Part shown: positions 38,476 to 47,061 of the stretch, piece by piece | Position numbering within the stretch: position 1 is the first letter of the stretch | How the letters are laid out: each line of letters starts with the position of its first letter | Assembly: GCA_046582655.1 (NCBI GenBank) | Contig: JAYGDX010000122.1 | Span: 1-51,878 of the forward strand | Source: Candidatus Poribacteria bacterium | GTDB lineage: Bacteria; Poribacteria; WGA-4E; UBA9662 | Length of the DNA: 51,878 nucleotides | Direction: 5' to 3' | Program-made: the position numbers and the translations under genes | The notes under the pieces: model-generated | What the model saw: the letters and a program-made list of their open reading frames with translations, nothing else | What the model was told of the DNA's origin: nothing | Databases searched by the model: none

Positions 38476-38605
38476 CTTCACTACCCAAGCCAACAAATAA
38501 TATTTTATTATTTTGAGTACACTATTTTGGTTGACTTGTTGTTTTTATTACTTCAATATCAAAATAATGAAAGTCATCGGAATGTCAATATGCTTCTCGA
38601 TGAAG

Positions 38606-38975
38606 TTAGGGTCTAACAATAAGTTCTAAATGACCAAAGACTTCTGCTTCGAATCGAATGATACCTTCCAGATAGCGTTCCTGAGAAAGTATTTTTTGAA
38701 CATATCCGTCGCGGATAGCGACAAAATTAATAATACGGCTTAAATATCTCCCAGAGACGTTTTGACAGAAGGAACATAATATAAGAATCTGTGTGAGTTA
38801 GGTGGTTAAGGGCCAAAATAGTAGGGAACTCATCGATTTCCCCCAAATGCTCCATAGTAGATTTAGCATCAATGTCTACTTTGAGACCTTCAGGTAATAT
38901 CTGCTGATTAGAGGCAACAAGGATTCATCCGCTCCAATGATAAGAGTATTTCCTTTTGGGTCTGAAATCCAACAT
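38606..38975 (-). pseudogene. Decayed PlsC-type (lysophospholipid) acyltransferase
   Basis: RBS AAGGAGAGG and ATG at 38975: MLDFRPK...SG* ...PTILALNHLTHTDSYIMF (NHxxxxD at 38787-38807). Another frame then gives RIINFVAIRDGYV...ERYLE...FEAEVFG. There is an in-frame TGA at 38925-38927. Confidence 0.65.
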
Positions 38976-39405
38976 CTGATCCTCTCCTTATCTTGGTAGA
39001 TCAACATCTTCAACCAACCATAATATCATACAGTTGATAAGTAATACCAACGTCAGTTTGGAAATGAAGGAGGTACTTCTGTCGTCTTGAATTCACTGTT
39101 TAGAAAAGAAATCATTGATGTGGCCAATCCAAATTATCCTATTGGTTTGGTTGATCAGAATAAAATCGAGATATCAAAATTACACGGAATTGCAAACAGT
39201 TGAACGGCCATTTCAAGCGCGAAAAATAAGCTATCGAAAAGACAAATTAGATTATCCAAGAACGGTTAACCAAAAAGAACATTGCCCTACGATGTATTGA
39301 TCTCATCAATGATAGAGGCACTAGTTATTTTAAAAGTTGGTTGAACATGATATAATATCCATCTAAGTCAAACAATCACTGAAATTATATTGTGGGCACA
39401 AGAGA

Positions 39406-40377
39406 ATGGATTATGCTGTTACCATAACTGCTAAAGAAACTGCGGAACTTCTTCCATTGGAGCGTCCAAAAAGTCCAGTTGGACCGGATGAAGTATCCGG
39501 AAAAACTTTAGTTACTTTAATTAGCGCGGGCACGGAATTAGCCTCAGCCTATCTTGGAACAAACTTTCCTAGTACACCGGGATACGCAGCTGTATTCCAA
39601 GTTGAAGAAGTCGGTCAAAACGTGAAAGAAGTCCAGTCTGGAGATCTAGCTTTTTGTATGGGGAACCATCGCTCCTATTACCGCGTTAGGGCCGACCAGT
39701 TGCTTCTGGTTCCTGCAGGGCTTTCCCCTGAAATTGCTGTTTTTGCTAGAATGATGGGGGTAAGCATGACAACTTTGACAACAACTACGGCCCGACCACC
39801 CGCAAAGGTATTGGTTATGGGATTGGGACTAGTTGGGCATCTTGCCACCAAGAATTTTTTAGCCTGTGGGTACAACGTTTATGCTTGCGATCCCGTTGAA
39901 TCCCGACGTCGTATTGCAACTGAAACTGGTATTCCAAATGTCCTTCCAGCAGCACCACTGGACGATCCTGATCTCAGCGGCAGGTTTTCCTTGGTTATTG
40001 AATGTTCTGGACACGAACAGGCATTATTGGATGGATGCAATGCTATCCGAAAAAAGGGGGAAGTGGTCTGTATAGCAACTCCCTGGAAACGGCATACTGA
40101 ACTTTACGCTCATGAACTGCACCATGCCATTTTTCATAAATATGTCGTTATCCGTAGCGGTTGGGAATGGGAACTTCCGATGATTTCCACCGATTTTACC
40201 GAAAATAGTGTGTGGGGCAATATCCAGGGAGCGCTGAACTGGTTATCTACAGATAGGGTTAATGTAGAAGGTATTTACAATTTGTTCTCTCCAGATCAAG
40301 CCCAAGAAGCTTACCAAAAACTTCTTCACAAGCAAACCGATAGACTGGCAGCAGTTTTTGATTGGCGTGATATATAG
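39406..40377 (+). CDS. MDR-superfamily (zinc-binding-type) dehydrogenase
   Basis: LISAGTE, PGYAAV, VMGLGLVG Rossmann motif and VIECSG. Confidence 0.88.
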   Translation: MDYAVTITAKETAELLPLERPKSPVGPDEVSGKTLVTLISAGTELASAYLGTNFPSTPGYAAVFQVEEVGQNVKEVQSGDLAFCMGNHRSYYRVRADQLLLVPAGLSPEIAVFARMMGVSMTTLTTTTARPPAKVLVMGLGLVGHLATKNFLACGYNVYACDPVESRRRIATETGIPNVLPAAPLDDPDLSGRFSLVIECSGHEQALLDGCNAIRKKGEVVCIATPWKRHTELYAHELHHAIFHKYVVIRSGWEWELPMISTDFTENSVWGNIQGALNWLSTDRVNVEGIYNLFSPDQAQEAYQKLLHKQTDRLAAVFDWRDI

Positions 40378-40418
40378 TTGAGCATAATCTTAAATTTGAT
40401 CTCGTCGAGGTAAAACAG

Positions 40419-41189
40419 TTGTCAAAGAATTATATTGATGCTGCTACAGCAACATGGCAGGAATGTCGCGATTTTTTGCAACGTTACCCTTTTGCCATCC
40501 TACCACTGGGTGCGACAGAGCAGCACGGACTTCATTTGCCTCAAAATACAGATAGCCTGATTGCAGAAGCCCTCGCCTTACAAGTTGGCAAACAAAGCGT
40601 GGGTATGATCTTGCCAACAATACCAATCGGTTACTCATGGGTTTGGCGTGATTATCCTGGTTCCTTGACTTTCTCTTTCGATACATTTCGATCCGTTATC
40701 AAGGATATTGCTGTTAGTCTTGGCCGAAATGGATGTCGTGTGCTCTTGATTATGACTACACACGGTGCAAATTCACAACCAATCAAGTACACGATTCGTG
40801 AATTAGTTGATCATACCCCGATGCGAGTTCTCCGTGCCTTTTATCCCAATCTAAATCAGGTTATGACGGATGCCGATTCAACCGCTTGGCAACCCTTAAA
40901 TTTTCACGCTGAAGAATTTGAAACCTCGCTGATGTTGCACTTACATCCTGATTTGGTAGACATGACTAAAGCGGTCAGCGAGTATCCACCGTATTCACTC
41001 GATTATGAGATGTCAACACTACCAATGGGAGCCTTAAGTGAGTCTGGAGTGTTCGGCGATGCCACAGTAGCCACGGCGGAAAAAGGTGAAAAATGGTTTA
41101 ATCGTTGTGTAACCAACATCGTAAAAGTGTGGGAAGAATTTCTAGATCTGCCAACCGATGAATCTGGAGGGCTTTATAAAATTAACTAG
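40419..41189 (+). CDS. Creatininase/creatinine amidohydrolase family protein
   Basis: PLGATEQHGLHLP..TD, THGAN, HAEEFETS and GVFGDAT.ATAEKG. Confidence 0.92.
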   Translation: MSKNYIDAATATWQECRDFLQRYPFAILPLGATEQHGLHLPQNTDSLIAEALALQVGKQSVGMILPTIPIGYSWVWRDYPGSLTFSFDTFRSVIKDIAVSLGRNGCRVLLIMTTHGANSQPIKYTIRELVDHTPMRVLRAFYPNLNQVMTDADSTAWQPLNFHAEEFETSLMLHLHPDLVDMTKAVSEYPPYSLDYEMSTLPMGALSESGVFGDATVATAEKGEKWFNRCVTNIVKVWEEFLDLPTDESGGLYKIN

Positions 41190-41207
41190 CAGATAGGAGA
41201 AGACTCG

Positions 41208-42131
41208 ATGGGAACAGTAATGACAATACAAGGCGAAATTGGAGGAGAAGATCTAGGTGTTGTGGATTATCATGAACACTTGTGTTTCGATGCACCTCCT
41301 TGGTTGTTACGTGAAGATCCAGATTTCAAATTGAATGACGTTGAGAAATCGGCTCAAGAACTGCATTCATGGTTGGAGGCAGGTGGAAAAACAATCATTG
41401 AAATGTCAGCCATCGACTTCGGTCGAAATATCCGTGGAACGAAACAAGTCTCAGATCTAGTACCCGACGCCAATGTCATTGTGATTACAGGTTTTAACAA
41501 ACCTTATTTTTGTGATCAATCGGTATGGCAATCAGACGAATCTGATCTAATCCGACGATGTATTCAAGATATTGTTGAAGGAATTAACGGAACAGGCCTC
41601 AAGGCAGGAATTATGAAAGGTGGCACAGGCTACAATACTTTCAACGACCACGATCAGAAGTTAATGAGGATTGCCGCCATAGTGCAAAAAGAAACGGATG
41701 TCCCCATTATCACCCACACTGAAGCTGGAACGATGGGCTTTGAGCAGATCGAGTACCTCGATGATCATGGTGTTGAACCACACCGAGTTTGCTTAAGCCA
41801 CCTTGATCGCAATCCCGACCTTTGGGAACATAAACGGATTGCTCAAACAGGAGCATATCTGGGCTATGATTGCCCAGGTAAAGCAAAGTATGGACCGGAT
41901 GAATGGCGAATTGATTTACTCAAACGCTTAATTGATGCTGGATTCGGCCAACAGATTTTGCTGGGTAACGACCTCGGTCGACCTAGCTATTGGCGTAGTT
42001 ACGGTGGTGGCCCAGGCCTTGATTTCGTCCTGACTAAGTTTGTTCCGCGCCTCCTTTCCCAAGGAATTGATCAGCATATCATTGACGATATGTTGATCAA
42101 TAATCCCCGCCGTTTTCTTATTGGTGATTGA
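41208..42131 (+). CDS. Phosphotriesterase-family (Php/PTE) lactonase
   Basis: DYHEHL, ITGF, bridging Lys in MKGG, THTE, SHLDR, GND and INNPRR. Confidence 0.92.
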   Translation: MGTVMTIQGEIGGEDLGVVDYHEHLCFDAPPWLLREDPDFKLNDVEKSAQELHSWLEAGGKTIIEMSAIDFGRNIRGTKQVSDLVPDANVIVITGFNKPYFCDQSVWQSDESDLIRRCIQDIVEGINGTGLKAGIMKGGTGYNTFNDHDQKLMRIAAIVQKETDVPIITHTEAGTMGFEQIEYLDDHGVEPHRVCLSHLDRNPDLWEHKRIAQTGAYLGYDCPGKAKYGPDEWRIDLLKRLIDAGFGQQILLGNDLGRPSYWRSYGGGPGLDFVLTKFVPRLLSQGIDQHIIDDMLINNPRRFLIGD

Positions 42132-43651
42132 ACAAATCAACTACGGACAAATTGGAGAAAATGTCTCTCGTTATTGGTATTGATATCGGTACGTCTAGTA
42201 CCAAGACCTTGTTGCTGAGTGAGGAAGGTACGATTATTTCCAGCGCCAGCGCGGACTATCAACTATCAACGCCGTGTACAGGTTGGGTCGAGCAAGATGC
42301 CAATGATTGGTGGCAGGCAGTCTGCGACACAATCCGTCAAATCATTCAGTATCTTGAGTCTAATGAATGTTCTTTTTCTACCAGCGATATAAAAGGGATA
42401 TCTCTCTCTGGGCAGATGAACGGGGCAGTGTTTGTTGATGCCTCTGGAAATCCACTTCGTTCGGCCATTTTGTGGCTTGATCAACGAGCTCAAAAGCAAT
42501 GTGACCAGGCAAATGAACAGGTTGGATATCTGCTTCGAGATCATGCGCTACATGTTCTCAATCCAATTAATACCTTGGCCAAGGTACTTTGGTTACGAGA
42601 AAGTCAACCCGACATCTATGCTGATGTTTATCACGTGTTACTTCCCAAAGATTGGATCCGTTTCAAATTAACCGGTACATTTAAAGCTGAGGTAACTGAT
42701 GCTTCTGCAACGGCAGCACTAGATCTATACACCCGAAATTGGAGTGGGGAAATCCTGTGTGCTTTGGAAATTGAAGAAAGATTGTTTCCTGAGGTCGTTG
42801 AGTCACCAACAGTTACTGGTCAGATAACAAAGAGTGTTGCAGAGGAGACAGGATTGTGCGCCGGAATTCCCGTTTGTGCTGGTGGTGGTGATATGGCCTG
42901 CATGGCCGTTGGAAGTGGAATCAGAAAGCCGGGAATTGTCAGCGTTGGAATTGGCACAGCAGGACATGTATTGACCTATGCGGAAAAGATTAGTGATGCA
43001 GCTTTTAATCAGCTTTGGCCGATGTGCCATGCTATACCAGATAAGTATTTCTGGCTCGGGTGCTCTTTTACTGGTGGTGCCAGTTTAACTTGGTTTCATG
43101 ATCAGTTCGGAGATAGTTTTACTGAACTGATTGACTTTGCTGAAGACGCACCGATTGGAAGCGATGGGCTATTCTTCATGCCATGGTTTCAGGGAACTGC
43201 GACTCCTCATCCAGATGCAAATGCTCGCGCTGGCTGGTTGGGAATGACACTACATCATACCAAGGCACATATGATCCGATCACTGATGGAAGGAGTGGTC
43301 TTTGATCTTCGACACTCTGTAGAATGCTTCAAGCAATTGAAATTACCAGTTAATGAAATTTATATTGGTGAGGGAGGATCAAGGTCTGCATTATGGCGTC
43401 AAATTCAAGCGGATGTCTTTGGAAAAGACGTCCAGGTTATGGCAGTACAAGATGCCTCTGCCCTTGGGGCTGCCATCATTGCTGGTGTCGGTGTGGAAGT
43501 ATTTGATAGTTTTGAGTCAGCATGTGGTTTGACTGTTATCTTAGGGGAAACGATTCATTCTGATGCTGAGCGAGTTGAAAAATACGAACGTTATTATCAA
43601 CGCTACTGTAATTTATATCCAAGCCTAAAAAATTGGTTTCTAGAACATTAA
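42128..43651 (+). CDS. FGGY-family carbohydrate kinase (xylulokinase-like)
   Basis: GIDIGTSSTK, LSGQMNG, ILWLDQR, GGGD, EGV and GGSRS..W.QI.ADV. Overlaps the upstream stop. Confidence 0.92.
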   Translation: MNKSTTDKLEKMSLVIGIDIGTSSTKTLLLSEEGTIISSASADYQLSTPCTGWVEQDANDWWQAVCDTIRQIIQYLESNECSFSTSDIKGISLSGQMNGAVFVDASGNPLRSAILWLDQRAQKQCDQANEQVGYLLRDHALHVLNPINTLAKVLWLRESQPDIYADVYHVLLPKDWIRFKLTGTFKAEVTDASATAALDLYTRNWSGEILCALEIEERLFPEVVESPTVTGQITKSVAEETGLCAGIPVCAGGGDMACMAVGSGIRKPGIVSVGIGTAGHVLTYAEKISDAAFNQLWPMCHAIPDKYFWLGCSFTGGASLTWFHDQFGDSFTELIDFAEDAPIGSDGLFFMPWFQGTATPHPDANARAGWLGMTLHHTKAHMIRSLMEGVVFDLRHSVECFKQLKLPVNEIYIGEGGSRSALWRQIQADVFGKDVQVMAVQDASALGAAIIAGVGVEVFDSFESACGLTVILGETIHSDAERVEKYERYYQRYCNLYPSLKNWFLEH

Positions 43652-43750
43652 TATTGCCTGAATTAAATCTTAATCTTCGTGTTGTGATATACGGGTAAGG
43701 AATGGATTATAGTAGTTACATGGATGTATACCCTCACATGCGGGAGATGA

Positions 43751-45428
43751 TGGTGTGGCACACGCCATATTATCCGCCATTTTTTTATATTTGGTTCATT
43801 ACATCTACCATGGATCCTATTAATAGTATCATCTAGCTTAACTTTCTTACGATTTTCTTCGCTTCAACAGACAACTTCAGATTGGCTGTCAATAAATAAA
43901 GGCTTCATTAAACGAATCAGTACCCATGTTGCTCTGGTTTCAATTTTGATGTTGATTTACAGTATTAACTTTCGGGTAGGAAGCACACTTGGTGATACAT
44001 TCGGCGCGCGTTATTTACCTATCAGCATTATCAAGGAAGGTAATTTCAACCTAGATCAGTTTCCATTCTTGCAGGATAGGAACTATTATACTCGGCAGGA
44101 AAATGATCATTGGGTTTCAAAATATCATCCCGGTGCCCCCATTTTGGCGTTACCAATATATCTCGTTCCTGTGATGTTCGGCTTGCCTGTTGACTCACCT
44201 CATGTCCCGTGTCTGGAGAAAATGACAGCATCATTAGCTATTACTCTATCAGCGTTGTTCCTTTTCCTGGCAACAAAGATATTTCTTAGCAGAAATTGGG
44301 CATTTTTCCTGGCATTGCTTCATGGCACGGCCACCTGTAGTTGGAGTATAAGGAGTTCAAGTCTCTACCAACACGGTCCCTGTCAATTTTTTTGGCTTTG
44401 ACCCTTTATTTATTAGCGAGGGGCGGTGGTTTTCATCAACCTGACAATACTGATTTTAAAAGGATAACTCTCAACATCAACGATGGATAAAATGGTCAGG
44501 CCTTACAGTTGCTTCAGCCGTTGTATGCCGTCCAACAGCGCTTGTTTTTGCGCTCATCTTGCTAGTCTATGTTTTTGGCATAGACACAGACACCAGTTAC
44601 TCCAATTTGTATTAATGACTCTGCCAGCAATAATTATTCTTGTGGTTTATAATCATGTCACTTATGGATCAATCTTAAGACAAAGCTATAGCAGTGAAGT
44701 AAATATGTGGGGAACGCCCTTTTATATTGGAGCTTTTGGGGTTTGGTTTGCACCCAGCCGTGGGCTGTTAATATTTTCTCCAATTTTCCTGTTTTTGTTA
44801 GTAGGCATGAGAAAAATTTTGGGGTGTTCTTTCTCCGGTAGCTTTCTCCTCATGCTTGAAATTTATCTTGGGTTTTTACTAATCTGCCAAAAATTCAATT
44901 TCATGCAAAATTTAATTAGTCATGATAAGGGATTCTTGTCATCTCCCACCTTTTATATCCTTTTCATTCTTGTTATCTGTACTGGTACATGGAATATATA
45001 TCGATCGGTTAGATCTCTCCGAAAAGATGCCGAAAAGAAACAGACTCGTGAAATACCACATCTAATGTTATTTCGATATTGTGCGGTTTGTGCTTTGCTC
45101 TATCCCTTTTTATTCAGCAAATGGCATATGTGGTATGGAGGATGGTCATTTGGTTATCGCATCATGACCAAAGTTAGTGTTTTTCTTTGTTTTGTAATAA
45201 TACCAATCATACCTGTTATCAGACAAAGCAAATTGAAGATGACATTATTTGTTTCGATGACATTGATATCCTTTGTCATTCAATCGCTAGGAGCTTTTAG
45301 TTATAATAATGACTGGAATGGTAGAAACGGCGTTCCATGCTGAAGTCAATGGAAATCAGCATAACCTTTGGACATGGCATGACAATCAAATTACTTTTTA
45401 TATTAAGCGCAGCATTCTTCGGAGGTGA
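43751..45428 (+). pseudogene. Frameshifted GT-C membrane glycosyltransferase (PMT/ArnT-like)
   Basis: Joining frames at about 44390, 44460, 44575 and 45335 gives one protein: GDTFGARYLP...SKYHPG...LYQHGP.QFFLAL...AVVCRPT...PSRGLLIFSP...WYGGWSFGYR...LWTWHDNQI...RR*. An in-frame TGA lies at 43748. Confidence 0.75.
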
Positions 45429-45540
45429 ATATTGGAAAAGCCACCGAATTAGCTGATTCATCAGTTGGTATTTCGATATTTTATCCTAATCAATCACGGC
45501 AGATTAATAGAATAACCAATTATATTTAGGGATAATACCT

Positions 45541-46101
45541 ATGGATCGACAAGCTGCACTAAAGCTTTTACAAGAGAATACTCAAAAAGATGGGTTGCTA
45601 AAGCACGCTTATGCCGTTGAATCAGTTATGCGTGCTTACGCCAAAAAATTTAATCAGGATGAGGCGAAGTTCGGTATTGTCGGACTTTTACACGATTTCG
45701 ACTATGAAAAATATCCGAGTCCTGATCAGCATCCAGAAGTCGGATCGCAAATATTGCGGGAGCACGGCTACCCTGATGATGTAATCTATGCCATTCTTTC
45801 CCACGCTGAGTATCTGGGATTAGCGCGTGAAAGCTTAATGGATAAAACGCTATTTTCCGTTGACGAACTTGTAGGATTTATCACTGCCGTTACCCTAGTT
45901 CGCCCAAATAAAGATATTGCGGAGGTAAAGGTGTCTTCAGTCAAAAAAAAGCTGAAAGATAAACGGTTTGCTAGTTCTGTTGATCGAGAACATATCCAGA
46001 TAGGTGTTCAGGAACTGGGGGTCGAACTAGATGAACATATTGCCTTCATCATCGAGGCCATGGAATCAGTTGCGGATCTGCTCGGATTGGATGGATCTTA
46101 A
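45541..46101 (+). CDS. HD/HDIG-domain metal-dependent phosphohydrolase
   Basis: KHAYAVE, GLLHDFDYE, AILSH, DELVGFI and KKKLKDKRFA. Confidence 0.9.
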   Translation: MDRQAALKLLQENTQKDGLLKHAYAVESVMRAYAKKFNQDEAKFGIVGLLHDFDYEKYPSPDQHPEVGSQILREHGYPDDVIYAILSHAEYLGLARESLMDKTLFSVDELVGFITAVTLVRPNKDIAEVKVSSVKKKLKDKRFASSVDREHIQIGVQELGVELDEHIAFIIEAMESVADLLGLDGS

Positions 46102-46145
46102 AGAAAATATTAGATGTCTTTTTATTGTCGGACATTACCGGAAAA

Positions 46146-47003
46146 ATGAACAGTAATAAAAATTGGGACGTACTATGTAGCATTGGTTGGATAGTACTAT
46201 TGGTAGTGACTATAATCAGTTACTTGTCAGGATGTAGTAGTTTTTTTGACATCTTTGATCGAAACCCAAATATTGCACAACATTCAAATTCGATTCATAA
46301 ACCTCTCACGGAAGATCCATCCAAGGAAGAAATGCCAGCCACATACATTCTTGATCTAGGAAAGCAACGCTTTATTAAGGATATTGCCATTTATTGCCAT
46401 AGGCCAATCAAGGATATTGCTATTTATATCCGTTCGTCAAAATCGGGTCGGTTTACGGAATCCCTAAATCTGGGTTGGACATTCTTGAAATATATTGAGT
46501 CTCCTATCGAAAGTGGGGATACCATTGAAATCCAGATGGTTGCTAGTAGCATTCAACTCATTCAAAAGATAAAAGAGGACGAATCTCAACCTGAATCCAA
46601 AAGTAGAATCCAACATATTGAAGCATTTGGAGAATACGGTAACAAGCTGATACAGACTGAATTGAGTCTCCTGCGGACTTTAATGTTGCCTAACCGTTGG
46701 CCACCAACACGCCAACCAGGCAAGGCATTGAAAACGTCTCTGGTAGAACGAGAATTCTGGGAAAATCATTATCTCCAGATGTTTCAAACTAAGTATCCTA
46801 AGTTAGAGGATATCAAATCGATAACTGTGCCTTTCGATGATTGGTCGATGGTTCAACGCCAGGCTTACTTGGATGCTAAAGCAAGTCATGAAAAAAATCT
46901 GCAACAACATCGCGACTTAATAGACAAAAGGAATTTTTGGGCAGCTGCTATTGTCCCTGTCGTATGGTTTTATGTCTCTATCTATGGATTACGGTGGCGC
47001 TAA
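46146..47003 (+). CDS. Hypothetical lipoprotein with a discoidin-like segment and C-terminal TM helix
   Basis: Lipobox LSGC; YILDLG....IKDIAIY; terminal FWAAAIVPVVWFYVSIYGLRWR. ATG at 46146 is preferred over the TTG at 46125. Confidence 0.65.
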   Translation: MNSNKNWDVLCSIGWIVLLVVTIISYLSGCSSFFDIFDRNPNIAQHSNSIHKPLTEDPSKEEMPATYILDLGKQRFIKDIAIYCHRPIKDIAIYIRSSKSGRFTESLNLGWTFLKYIESPIESGDTIEIQMVASSIQLIQKIKEDESQPESKSRIQHIEAFGEYGNKLIQTELSLLRTLMLPNRWPPTRQPGKALKTSLVEREFWENHYLQMFQTKYPKLEDIKSITVPFDDWSMVQRQAYLDAKASHEKNLQQHRDLIDKRNFWAAAIVPVVWFYVSIYGLRWR

Positions 47004-47061
47004 TCTAATTGGATCAGGGAGGAGTGAGAGTGAGTGGACTATTAGACTGTAAATTCTTCGC

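Noticed and set aside
38925..38927. In-frame TGA here and at 43748 as selenocysteine or recoding
   Set aside because: Both lie in genes with additional frameshifts or deletions, not at catalytic Cys positions; intact genes in the window use TGA as a normal stop.
39115..39300. 61-aa ORF as an intact gene
   Set aside because: No clear RBS or family; it is better explained as part of a degraded relic or as chance.
41208..42131. Organophosphate-degrading or quorum-quenching enzyme
   Set aside because: It belongs to the PTE family, but the operon context with a sugar kinase and dehydrogenase favours a metabolic lactonase; no specific evidence for either activity.
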